From Glycera tridactyla (Eukaryota), in NCBI GenBank assembly GCA_965644265.1, contig OZ286471.1:46686001-46750000 (forward strand): 64,000 bases of DNA. Reading direction: 5' to 3'. The notes below the pieces were generated by a model. The model had not been told where the DNA came from. It saw nothing but the letters and a program-made list of their open reading frames with translations, and searched no databases. Shown here one piece after another: positions 15,001 through 29,300 of this stretch. Position 1 is the stretch's first letter, and the number at the start of each line of letters is the position of its first letter. The translations under genes were made by a program, and so were the position numbers.

Positions 15001-18000
15001 AAACAAGTATGGCAGCAGAGCTTTCAACTTTCTTGCCACTATCTACCTCATTTTTACAAACACAGAAAGTGACCACAGACTGTAATGGTTACATACTCAC
15101 AACTGGTGGCACTGCTGGAGACTCCATATGTGTCTTCCCATTCTTTTATAAGAACAAAAAGTTTACATTTTGTACTGATATAGACAATGATGGGATAGAT
15201 TGGTGTTATACGTCACCTCATTATGAAAGTGATCACTTGTGGGGAAATTGTCTTGATAAAATTTGTGCTTCTCCCACAAATAACCCACAAACTACAACAG
15301 AAATTCGTTCAATCACAGATTTTTCAGTATTCACGCCATCTGATTCGTCAGCAACACTTTCATGGGCCCAAACATCAGAAACATCTACTGAATGTGATGG
15401 ATATATACCAACCACTGGTGGCACCGCTGGCGATTCTATATGCATATTACCTTTCACCTATAAGGGCGAGCAATACATAGACTGTACAAATAAAGATAAC
15501 AATGGTGTTGCATGGTGCTATACTTCAATGAATTATATGAATGACCATTTGTGGGGAAATTGTCAATCGAAGGTCTGTGGCATGTTTGATACAGTGACAT
15601 CAGAAACCAATTCCAGTACCGCAGAATGTGAACACTTTATCATACCAACGACTGGTGGCAGTGCTGGTGAATCAATCTGTATCTTCCCCTTTTATTATAA
15701 GAAAAGGAAATATACACACTGTATAACTGTGGACAATGAGGGTATAGCATGGTGTTACACTTCACCAAATTACATGAATGACCATTCATGGGGAAATTGT
15801 CTTGATGCAGTGTGTAGCGCTGGTACCACAGTCAGTCAAACATCGACTATTTCGGACTCAGCCACAGTTCTTCCTACATCTGTACCATCTGTATCGCAAT
15901 CACAATCATTACCGTCAACATCATCTGCTGCTGATACTAGTACGGACTGTGATGGCTATATACCAACCACAGGTGGCACCGCTGGTGCGTCTTACTGTAT
16001 ATTCCCGTTTACATACAAAAATGAACAGTATATAGACTGTACATCTGCAGATAATGACGATATTGCATGGTGCTACACTTCAACAAATTATGAAAAGGAT
16101 CATATATGGGGGAATTGCCTAGCTAAGGTATGTGACACCACTTCTATCTCACTAGGGACTGTGCCTCAAGCGAGGCTGAGCACATTTCTCCCAACGCTTC
16201 TCTCTTCATCAGTGTCATCCTCCTCATCAGGAACAACATCCAATTGTAAAGGTTACACACCTAGTTTTGGTGGAACAGCCGGTGAATCGATTTGTTTCTT
16301 CCCATTCTATTATGAAGGAAAGGAATACACAGATTGTACGAACATCGACACTAGGGGCAAAAAATGGTGTTATACCTCGTTTAATTATATGATTGACCAT
16401 TTGTGGGGCTATTGTCTTCCGCGGATATGTGGCCCAATGCCATCAACCACTTCAGCGTTCGATACAGATTGTGAAGGGTATATACCAACTATTGGCGGGA
16501 CAGCTGGTTCATCTATTTGTATATCCCCGTTTGTCTATAAACACATACGTTACACAGCATGTACAACAGTGGATAATAATGGTATTGCTTGGTGCTATAC
16601 CTCAATTGCCTATCGAAGAAATGGTCTGTGGGGCAATTGCCTTGCCAAAATTTGTGGTCAGCCACCTTTAACGACTGGTGGTAGGACCACATCCATGATG
16701 CCAATTTCGACCTCTACAACCACAACAGAATGCAGCGGATTTGTGCCTACTGAAGGTGGCACGGCAGGAAGCTCGATATGTGTATTCCCTTTCTGGTATA
16801 AGGGAGTTTCTTACAATGCGTGCACAACGAGAGATAATTATGGTGCACCTTGGTGTTACACGTCTAACCATCTTTGGGGCAATTGCCAAGACAAAGTCTG
16901 TAAGACTCCATCAACCACTTTGCAATCAATGCACACATCTTTGCCCATATCCACAGCTCCCTCGCAGCAGGGCACATCATATCTGACATCTCCAGTCACA
17001 TCTACATCAATCACCAGTACACCGTATATTACACCTACCAAAGAAGAATGTGATGGTTATATCCTGACAAGTGGTGGATCATCTGGTAGCGGAATATGTG
17101 TTTTGCCGTTCGAGTACAAAAGAGTGGTGTATGATGACTGCACAACTGCTGACAATGATGGGGTAGCCTGGTGCTACACATCGACGTCGTACCGACGGGA
17201 CCGTCTCTGGGGTAACTGCCAAGGTTGGTCATGTCACTCAGTTGTCTGGTAGATGCTTTTCCCTGGATTTGTTACAACCCTGTGTGGATTGCAGTTTTTT
17301 TCCCAATCATTATTCATTTTTTGTGTGGAATACTACCATAGTTTTTTTGGATACCATTGTTAGTCGGTAGTCACATTGTTTGGTCCATTTGCGCTCGTCA
17401 GACACCAGACAAGATCATCAGTTCTGATAGCCTAGGGAGCGGTAATTTCAATTATTAGGCTGAAATGATATGGCATTCAAATGGTGTGGCCCCAGTCTAT
17501 ATGTGACAAATCGTAGAAGACCGACGGATTGAGAGGCAGGACCTAGCACTTCTACGCACTCACTTTACTGCATTGAATTTTGCACGAAATTAGTGTTTTC
17601 AAGTGAGTCGAATCATAAAGGGTGCAATGTGGAGGAAACGAGGATTGGTTGATGGTGGATTGTATTTTCACCCATTAGTAACATTGAGCTTCTATCTGTC
17701 CCATTATGCTCAGAAATGTGAAGTGTTGTCATCGGGATTCCATATCGCCCCACACTACTTTAGTGTATAGTGAACTTTGAGGTACCTCCTTGATGATTCT
17801 GATTTTGTGTTTCCTGTTCTCGATGTCAGGTGGCCTTTTAGCCAGATTTCAACCAGTTGTTCTGCTGTATCCATTATTTCTTTTGCTATGGCCTATGTGG
17901 GTGATCAAGGCGATCTGTGCATTGTTTTCACGGCCCGGTATGATCACATCATGAGCTGATATGATCTGTGGATTTCAGTGATGACTAAAACATTGCATGT

Positions 18001-21000
18001 TCTTCAGACTAGATAGGAATGATTACATGGATGCTTCTTCTCATCAGTCAATGCATGTGTCACCCTGCATGGGTTTCTACCTGTACCTCAGTAGATCACC
18101 ATTGTTAACCTTGTTGCTGGATAGCACATAAGAATGCACCTATCGAACATTATAGCTCAACATATTACCTTCGAATCTTAAAGAATTTGGATATTTATTT
18201 CAGATAAGGAATGTGGGCCAGTTCCGACTACACTGACGACTAGATTGACAACAACGTTGAAAATTACAACTACACCAACTAGTGTGCCACCCACATTATG
18301 TGAAGGGTATTATCCAACATCCGGGGGCAATTCTGGTACTGGTATCTGCATTTCGGCCTTCATCTATAATGGTGAGGTATATGATGATAGGTGCAGCACA
18401 GAGGACAATGGAGGTACACCCTGGTGCTATGTATCTCAAGATTACCGTAATGATAACAAATGGGGTAACTGTCTAAACCGCATATGTGGTGCTCCTCCAA
18501 CGACCACGGTCATCCCTTCAACGACTCTGTGTCCAGGATACATCCCAACCAATGGTGGAACAGCAGGCAATTCCATATGTGTGTTCCCTTTCTCTTATAG
18601 AGGAACCTTATATTACGCATGCTCAACTGAGAGGAACAGTGGAGTTCCCTGGTGCTATACCTCTCAAGACTATATATCCAACAACTTGTGGTCCAATTGT
18701 CTGCGTGAGTACAACTTCTCTCACACTATGCATGCTCAATAATCAGTAACTCCAAGCCATATCGATTGCATGTTTGCTTGAGCAACAATGAAATAGTTTT
18801 TCCTCTTTTTCCCAAATATATTGAAGATACCAGATGTTCTTTGGAATACAAATATCATTGCCATTGGGTTGCGATTACCATCAATATTTTCTAGTGTTTG
18901 CAGCGTTTGGAAATCAGTCACCATATTTCTTTTTGGTCCATTGAAATTCCCTCCGAATGCATGGATCTCAGATACTAGTTATTCCCTGTTTCCTGATGGT
19001 CAAGGATCTATGACTCATGCATCATGTTCTCTTCCCACTCCAGCCCGTATCTGTGGTACTCCACCTACTACTATAGTGACCACGACGTCGAACATACCTC
19101 AGACTACAACATGTGAGGGCTATTATCCCACGACTGGAGGCACGGCTGGTGATTCGATCTGTGTCTTCCCCTTCTCTTATCGTGGGGTGGAGTATACCAC
19201 AGAGTGTTCGACTGTTAACAACAAGCAAATACCCTGGTGCTACACTTCCAAAGACTATAAATTGAATGATCTCTGGTCAAATTGTCTAGGTCAGTCTCAT
19301 ACACATATTTTCATCTGTCTGTCTGTCTGTCTGTCTGTCTATTTGTTTGTTTCACATGAGAGGGACTGCTGACAGCGATTTTTGTTTCGATCCTGCTCAA
19401 ACTATTTATGTTGAGAGAGGGAAACAATGTGTTCATAACTGCATGGGTACTTTGTATTAATCATGTGCATTGCCTCAGGTATGATTCTCCCTTCACCTGG
19501 TGCTTTTACGAACTATGTCTGACCTGCTACCCCAAAGTGAAAAGAGCGTTGCTTGAAAGTTATGTTTTATGACCTTGTAGAGAAAGTTTGTGGTGATCCC
19601 CCAACAACAACAGTCACAACCTCGTTGCCAGCTTCAACTGTTACATCTATAACGACAGTGACTACATCCCTGCCGTCAACAATGTGTCCCGGCTATACGC
19701 TTACAACGGAGGGCACGGCACCCGAGGGATCTGAGTGTCATTTCCCGTTTTCCTACAAGAACACCCTCTATCATGACTGTACCACAAGGCGAAACGACGC
19801 TCGACCCTTCTGCAGCATCACCCCCAGCTACGAAGAAGATCTTCTCTGGGGGTATTGTCTTGGTGCGTCATAGTTGTGTCCACATATAGCTCGTCACTTT
19901 TTCTTTTTGACAGCGCAGCATGGAGGCACTGGATTTCATTGCAGTGGATACTATCCTGCACTTATTTTGTTCTGCATGTTTTTGATTCTCACGTCAACTA
20001 TCGACAGAAGATTCTCACCGAGTAAGAAATACCTCCCCATCTTGACAAGAGGTTTAGATAGGTATGCATGTTCTGTATATGTGTTATGCATCACTTAGTG
20101 TTCTTTGCATCTGATGGCAGATGACTATCAGGAATCCTCACCTTCCTCTCCGAATGTGGATGTTGCATGATTCCACGATTAACCCACGCATACCAGTGTC
20201 CTCTATCCCTCATGCACATATGGTTCTGGATCAGATGGAGACATGCAGCATTTGCACTCACGTGCCAGGTGTGCATTGGTTCCATTACCTGACCAACTTC
20301 CCAACACTGTCACGTGATCGAAATCAATTTCTCACATGATTTTCGGATCGAATCATGCATGAAACTGCATGCAAGTCCTACCTGATAGATTCCTCGATCG
20401 ATAGTCACATCTCTGCTTTCCTATTCACTACGATGCCTGATATTTTTTTGGAATTCCCTCAGGAAGAATATGTTTTGATGCACGAATGATTGCATTCAAT
20501 ATTCATATCATCGGTCATTGTTTTGCATGTCCATGTCACAATCACTTCCAGTTGACAACTTTTCAGGATCCCTATCATCTTGTGTTCAGGGTTTGTGAGA
20601 GTGATGTCAGCAGGGGAGAGAACATCTAGTTTTCATTAACCAGGCACACACAGCGTACATAACCCTAGGGTTGATACATGCTGGTAAACCTCAACAAACA
20701 AAACCATGTCACAATCGCATTTTCTTGGCCTACCATATACACGTTAGCACTTTAGCCTATCCTTTTTTTATGTTAACGTAGAGTCTGCAAAGATGCTCCA
20801 GATCAATTATGAGGTAGTGTTCATTCAATCCCATTTGTCCCGACAGCAGTGTTGTTGGTAGTTGTGCTGCCAGCGGTGATGGCGGTGATGGTATTGATGA
20901 TGATGGTAATGGTGGTGGTGATGATATGTAGTACAGGTTGTAGGCTTCGATGGTAGTGATGTTGGCAGTAGTGGATGTGGTGATGGGGTTGGGTTGGTGG

Positions 21001-23287
21001 TATTAAAGTGAAGAACTTCGGTGACAGCCCTGTTTGTGATCGGGCTAGATTATTTATTCATCAACTTTAGATGGATAATATGGGAGGCTCACGATGTAGT
21101 ACGGTCTTATTTTCAGAGAGGGTCTGTGGTACAAGGCCACCCTGTGATGGTTATCTGATGACCATAGGTGGCACAGCTGGTATTCAGGCTTTCTGTCAGT
21201 TCCCCTTCTACTATAAGAAAGTCAGATATGATGCATACGATTGTGCCACTGTCGACAATGATCTTCCTTGGTGTTACACCACCGATGGCAAATGGGGAAA
21301 CTGTGCAGACTTCGTTTGTGGAACCATTCCAACACAGCCTACGACACTTGAGCCAAATACAACAATTACGACTAGTCTTCCCAGCACTTCCCTGCCATCA
21401 TCAACACCGGAATGTGATGGGTACGTGCCGACATACAGCGGCACTGCAGGAGTCAGCATATGTGGCTTCCCCTTCTCCTACAAGAACGTCCTTTATGAGG
21501 ATTACCAGTGTAGTACTATTGATAGCAATGGCATTCCCTGGTGCTACACCATCGATCCACCAAAACCGAATGGCCGGCGCTATTGGGCATACTGTGAAGG
21601 TGGGTCCTTGTACCCTTCTTTGTCTGAATGCATGTGCATGTCAGTTGCAGACTAGATGCTCTGCTGCATATTGTGATGTCAAGCCAGATAGGCCAGTGAA
21701 TATTCACAGCTTTTTATGTGTTCAGTAGTGTGTAATCATTTGTGAAGCGCCAGGATATCACCACTGTTTTCCCACTTCTTATGATGATAAAATACTGATA
21801 CCCGAATGATACAGGGAATTACTCCATGTGGAAAGAATACCTTTACTACGGGGTAAATGTATGTCACAATAATAAGACATAGATCATAGAGTGCTGATCC
21901 AGCAAAAGAGCAGATCTCACCCAGTTGAAAAGAACAGACACGACGTTCACTAACTTGCAATATCTGCCTGAGGAGCAACTACTGATCTCTTCACAGTGTG
22001 AATGCTTTACGAGTATGCCATTGTGGTTCACAGTGCATCTCGAGTAACATCCTCTGGAGTTAGTGGCTAGTAATAGACTTAGGTACTCTGAAATCTTCCA
22101 TCTCACCCGAGCTTTCCTCGCAGTCATATTCCTGCAGGATAAATGAATAGCTTGATTGCTTTCACCAGAACATGCCCCCCAAATGTGACTTTTTCACAGC
22201 AAAACCTATAATCGCCAAGTTATGAACTAAATGAAGAGAAAGGGCAGAAACAAATCATGTTTTATTTGGAAAAAGGTGAGGTATGATGAGTGGGTTACAG
22301 CTATATGTGCAACTATGTCGGGCCGAAACTACATGCACAGTGAATTGCAGAATTCTCATAATACCAGCTGCACTAGTATGTATCCACAAGGATGTTCATG
22401 GTTATCAGGGAACGGTACCTTGATTCATTTATAGGGGTTTGTGGTAGCTGTACCTTGTGAGAAGGTCAGGGGAAGAGAAGTCCAGCTTCGGGCTGCAACG
22501 ATTGAATAATGCCATACTGCAAAGTGAACTCTACTGAACTGATTATTTGCAAAACAGGGGACTCAAGACTAATCACTGTGCTCTGGTATCCAAACCTTGT
22601 GGCCTGATCAGGGTGTGCTAATTTCAGAATCGGCTTGATAGCCATATGAAGCTATCACAGCACTTTTATCGCCCAAACATGCAATGTGCTCACATGCCTC
22701 GATAACAAGTAGACGAATACTGCACTCTGAAAGAAGTTGTGTTATTCTTCACATCATAATGTATTGGTTTCCCATCTTTTATATTCGCCATTTTATGTTC
22801 CTGCTTCTTGGTGTGTTCGGAATATCATTCTTGAAGACCACACCATCTGTTTTTTTTTTATGCTTGATCATCCACTTTTCTTGTGAAACATTTGTTTTTT
22901 CCTCAATTCAATCCCTACACATCTAGTATATCTCTTCTTCTAGCGGGTGTATTTGCTATCATTCGTATACTCGCATCTGTAAAGTTTTCTCTGGAAATAC
23001 GTTGGTTAAGAAAAATGGGACTTCCATGAGTGAATAGTCTGAAGGATATAATGATTCATTCTCTGTTGCTCTGACGTCATTAATGGTCAGTCAAATTAAG
23101 GAGTTCCGTATATCTTACACTCTGGCGGTCCTCCTCAGATCTACTTCTGGTTAACAGACAGTGTGCTTGATTGTGGCTCTTCTCTTCATTTGCCATATTA
23201 GACTCATGGCACAATATTTTTTCACCCAAAGTCTCAGTCGAAGTACACATACACACAATCACACTCATGCACACACATACACACACA

Positions 23288-23338
<51 letters not shown>

Positions 23339-26300
23339 TATACAAACACGTGGAAAACGCCGCAATTCCACGTGTCTGAATCCTGTCTGAGTCAGTAGGG
23401 GCGCTCTACATTGTGAACTTCCTTTCAGTATGACAGATGTCTGAAACTCAACATGCCTCACACAGTAGGGATTGAATTATTCTGATAACTTCCTATGTAC
23501 TGGTCACAGCTTTTTGTGTTCCTGCCCCAATTTACCTTTTCATCTTCATTTCTAATGGCAATATCTTTTGATGATTTACTTCACTTGTTTAATATGGTGT
23601 CGGTTAAGTGTTATTCCTGGCATTTTCTCTGGTGAAACCTCACTGTGGCATTCGTTACCTTGTGCATGGTCTATCTCCCTTTACCCTTAACCTTCCAGAA
23701 AGTGGATCAATGGTATGTAATAATGAAACTTCTTGTGATGTTGTTTAGTCAGTGGTGTAAACATTGTTTGATGATTTGGCTATATCATAGCATAGTGAGA
23801 GATTAGTCAAGAGTGATATATCATATATAGATATGTTCTACAAATTGCTTTGAAAATAAACATCGCCCATTGACTGTCAGTGATAATGAGGATGAGATAT
23901 GATATGATTCAGTAATGACGACTAGTTATGGTAGTGATATAAATCGATTTGAAATATATCATATTGCTTTGCTCACCCACAAGATGATGACGAACTATAA
24001 GGAAATTGATGTTAATTTAGTGAAGAAGAATTTCTACAAATCATATAATTCACCTACAGGTTGTTCTCTTTTGCTTGAAAGAGTTTCCATATGAACTGAT
24101 ATTGAGTCGTTATGGTCATTCTATGAAGGATGGTTCAACATCCAATGCCAAAGATACCATATTGTTTACAATTCCTACTGCATGTTGATGGGGTGAAAGG
24201 GATTGTATTTGATTGAAGTAGGCGAGAGGTACCAAAGATTGTAAGGGTAATCTACATGGTGCATTCTGTTGCTGCTCCATCCTCTCAATATTCCTATTGC
24301 ATAATATGGATAAAAGGATATGTGCCCCTTGTCATCACGTAAGTTGCTCCTTGAAACGGAAAAAGGATTGAAGATCATGGAGATATGAAAGCAATTATAT
24401 AATTTAAAGTTTATTGGAGCTCAATCCTATTATCATATCCGTTCTTGGATTACCTACATTACAGATAAGGTCTGTGGAACTCCAGAACCGCCAACAACCA
24501 CGCAATACACGACAGTCAAAACCACCACAGACAATTGCTTCACACCTGTAATCGATGGTACTGCACCAGCCAATTCCATCTGCTTCTTCCCCTTCATGTA
24601 CAATGGGGTGCTGTATGATACGTGTATCTCCGAAGACCGAGGTGGAGCAAAATGGTGTTCTACTACGCCGGATTACTTTATCCAACAAGAGTGGGGATAT
24701 TGCCTGGGTATGTGGATATATACGTTACATGCTGGGCAGACTTCTGCACAACATCTTTATTTTCATCTTGTCATCATCTTCGACATCCTCGTGGGTAAGG
24801 TAGGTGATCTCTCTTTATAATATATACGAGGCAGGCAGTCGATCAAGAATCTCAGGTGAGTTGATGCGACAACATATTTTGGTTAATTCACTTGGTGTGA
24901 GCCCTCCTACACCCAAAATCGATTTACACCACCTCCATTTATTTCACCACAAAATACTTCAGGAGTTTGCAGCCAATTGACGAACTTTTGAGATTGAAAC
25001 CAATTTTTCCCCCCTGGCATATATGCCAACTAGGTCGATTCAAGACACAAAATGAACAGAAGTGATCAAAACATGACTCAGGCTCAGAACCTTCTGAGGC
25101 CAAGAAAATCCAGTGCATATTTTGTTGCATGCATCTGGGTACATTGCCGGGTTCAGGACAAGGCAGTGTATTCGTATGTGTGACCGGATATCACTGAAAT
25201 TACCATTTAGTAGAATTGTCATTTGAACACATTTGATTTTTGCCATATCATACTGAAATGGGGTCTTTTTTCCTGGGATCAGCAGCGTAGGGACACGTGA
25301 TTGCACTTTTGTGGGTTCTGGGTGTCGGCTTGATGAGCCTCGAACCAATAAAAGTGACAAACGAGACNNNNNNNNNNNNNNNNNNNNNNNNNNNNNNNNN
25401 NNNNNNNNNNNNNNNNNNNNNNNNNNNNNNNNNNNNNNNNNNNNNNNNNNNNNNNNNNNNNNNNNNNNNNNNNNNNNNNNNNNNNNNNNNNNNNNNNNNN
25501 NNNNNNNNNNNNNNNNNNNNNNNNNNGTCTGAGATATGTCAATAAGTGATGTGTGCCAGAAACAGTAGGTGTTCGTGTTTGTGTGCTGCATATCTGGTAA
25601 TCTGTGTAGTGCTGGGGATGAATGTATAGGTATGTGGCTTGAGTGGTCCAATCATGGTTAGTGATTTGGTTGTGATGTATGTGAGAGGAAACAAACAAAA
25701 AATGCTAGGGCAGATGAGTGCCTTCATTTCTATTTCAGATGGGGAGGCATTTAGCATTGCTTATCTTCTCTCGCCTCCAACAGGCCATTATGAATATACT
25801 TTTAGAATGTGTCCCGTTTTTTGCAGCTGTTTTTCATCATTTGCAGAGCTGGAAACATATTTGGAACAAATATAGTTCAGCAGTGCTTGAGCATTTCTCG
25901 CCCTACACATAGGTAACTTTTGCTAATGTGATTTCATATTTTGCCCTATGAGCTCATTGTTGTCACTGTTCATTTCAGTTTCAAAATGTACGCCAACCAT
26001 AGAGGACGATGTAGTCATGCCTCCTATTCTCGATAGTGAGGTAGTGATTATCGCCCAACTGCCCACGAATATGTCTACCACCTCCGTACATGACACTTTC
26101 TTTAATGTCACATCATCTTCGGCCCCCTTCAGCATCATTGCTTCATCTTATGATGGAGACGGCGATGTTGATGATGTAAACGAAGGGGTAGGCGACATTA
26201 CAATGAAGCCGCTGAACATTGAGCAAGGTGAAACATTCCCACCTACAGTGGGCATCTGCAATATCATCACAACTGGTGGTACCGCCCTTGACTACTCCGT

Positions 26301-29300
26301 GTGCTTCTTGCCTTTCACCTATAAAGGCATCACACGCCAGTCATGTATTACTGATGACAATAATGGAGTGCCCTGGTGTTATACCTCGTATGACTATAAA
26401 CATGATCATTTGTGGGGAAACTGTCAAGGTATGTCGTAGTCTCTCCTCTTGTGCTTAGACTGCTATAACTCGAATACTGAAGAGATTTATGTTGAGATCA
26501 TGATTGCGTGACACGTCATATTCCACTTGGTGTGAATTTTGCCATGTGGAGCATACATAGTATCTTCCATTTCATCTGAATCATATGAAGCCATCAACTT
26601 CAAGGTTCACTTATTCTTGTTATCTCATGTTGCACTGGGAATGGTGATGATAATATCAAATGCTTTGCCTCTTTATCGAACAAATCCTTTCTCTGCCTGG
26701 TAAGGATGTTCTGTTCATATGGCGACAACTCTTGGTTTGTTCTGGTAACGGATCGGTCGACAGTTGATACCTGATGAATCAGCGATGCCATGTTTGGGTC
26801 AGTGCCTTGAGTAGTGAAAGGCTTATTGGCATCTAGAAGTGTGGGGAACAGGTCTGTCGCTGGATAAACCAACTGAGCTGGGTGAGATAATGAAAACTCA
26901 CCTTCTCTTGAGGATGCAGAGGGGGTCTTCAGTCATCTCTCCCAATGATCTAACCACGTTGTGATAAACTGCAACTGGATGTATCAATTCGGCCAGCCTT
27001 AACTATATAAGGTGACACAGAGAAAACATTCTAAATTTTCTGAATTCAAGCTTTCAGCTTGAACTTTGTGACCCCATGTCTCGAGAGTTTCATTCTAATA
27101 TTATCTGGCTACATCTCAGTAATTGAGGTTTACCAATGTGGGGACAACCTACATCTGAGTGTGGACACTAATGAAAGATTTCAGCGTTCTTACACTTTCA
27201 TGCAACCATCTCTGTCAAATGTCACTTTGCTTTTTGGCTGCCTATGTACGATATCTCAATCACAAACAATAAGTGACAGATAATGATGTGGTATCCAGAC
27301 AGTTTTGAGAAGTCAAGTGATATGATGTGATCTCTCAATGGAGGCTTCAGTTTGTGATTCGTGGATTCATAGAGGAAATATCAGCTTTTCTTTCTGCATA
27401 GAGAAGCCTGTCCATATTATGCTACTTTGTCATATCAGTCATCGATCTCGAATGACCAGACGTTTTGTGCTATACAGTTCCTGCTCACTCTAACTGCGTG
27501 AAATATCCTCGATATATACACACTGAAATACTGAGTAGAGTAACAATGGAGGGGGGGGGGCGTGGGGGGGGGGGGGTTGTCAGTATATGACAGTAATGAA
27601 ATTCTGAGGAGGGTTGAGTAGCTTCTGCGATCCCAAATCATCTCAAATTTGCCATGGTAGTCCTGGTAATATTAAGCATATATGTGGTATAAGCCATCAT
27701 AAGAAAATATTCGGATTGAACTTATGTTCGGATAAGACTACACGCTCATTGAGAGATGATAGGATGGTTAGAGTTGTTTTAAAGGGTACAAAATAGGTGG
27801 GAAGACTTATGTTGAGGGAGAAGTTCACAGAATGTATATCTCAGCTATCAAAGGGTTCCAACTTAGTCCGGGTGGCCATGATCTGTTGCTTCACTCCTTG
27901 CTGCCAAGCGTATGTTTATACATCATCTTGCTATAGCCTCTATCATCAGTTGTAGTCATCATATAGATCATACTCCTTCAACGCCCAACCCGACCCATGG
28001 CTTTGGCTCCTTCTTTGATGCTTATGACTTCGCACTGTCCGATCCAATACAGTAACAATGTAGACAAGGTAGTAACATTTTGAATCATGACATTTTCTCA
28101 TAGTGTGTGCATGTTTCGATGTTGATCATAATTTCATCAAGATTGTGTTCTGGTCAGGGTCAATGTTTCTCCATCGATATAATCTTATTGTGAGACTCAT
28201 AGGATGAGACTGTAGTTTCTGGATGAGGACATTTCATATTTTTCATTGAATTGACCATCACATGAATACTTCAATTTGCTTCATAAATTGTCTGAGCTGA
28301 AATTATGTGAGCAGATTTATCTAATGAACATACATGATTCAATGCATGTCCCATGCTTCAATGATACTGTATTGGGAAAGAAGTCCCGACTAATTGTGAG
28401 TAGTGATAGATGGAGAAACTATAAATTTACGTTCAGTGGTGAATGATGAACTGTATAATGAGCTTACGAACAGCCCTACCCACATGTTGTTTTGATGGGT
28501 TATGATATCCCTGATTGATGAATCATTCATTCTTGAATATCGTGCTCCCCTACTTGTACCACTGGTCGTGGTACCATCCGTATTACCTGGATTCAGTAGA
28601 GATGGAGTTCATTATTAGGGTACCATCATATGTGGGTCGTGGAGGGAGGTAAGGCAACTGGGGTAAGTTCGCCATTCTTTCTCCTCGTATCATTTTAATC
28701 GTTTGCATTTCATTCTCCTACTCTTGATATCCGGGTCATTGGAAACATAATGGTGGTCCGCTCTGATCATCTACTGCTTCACGCAAATATGTATCGCTGT
28801 GCCACTTAGTTTCTCCTCTGAAGATAAAGTGCAATGTCCTTGAAGTAGACTGCAATGTGACACTATTCATATGTACATATCCACCCATAATTGTACATCG
28901 ACAAAGTCGAAGGGTTGTGGGTGGGATACCCTAATTCATATCTTGAAGTAGAGTAGGTCAGCTGGTCCAGAACATGTTGAGGTTGCACGGTATATGGAAA
29001 TGATCAAGAGAGATATCCTACTATATGAACATGCGAGGTTATATGTAACAGAACAAAAAAGGAAAATCGCATATTCCTGGCATATTAGTAGCACATTGTG
29101 GGTGTTCCTTTCAGATTTCGTGTGTGGCCCCTTGCCCACACGTGGACGTAATTGTCAAACAATCACCAGTGGAGGTACGGCTCAGGGAACCTCTTCAAGC
29201 TATTGTTACTTCCCATTTTCGTATAAAGGCAGCACTTACTACCAGTGTATAACAGAGGATAATGGTGGACGAGAGTGGTGCTATACCACACGTTATCCTG

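Noticed and set aside
12242-17232. Overlapping antisense and alternative-frame ORFs inside the FN2 exons
   Set aside because: Short shadow ORFs that repeat with the sense duplication and have no independent features.
25880-25920. AG|GTAACT donor at 25912/25913 as the end of a signal-peptide exon for the 25979 exon
   Set aside because: The phase-1 frame has a TGA at 25888-25890 with no ATG after it; the other frames do not match the acceptor phase.
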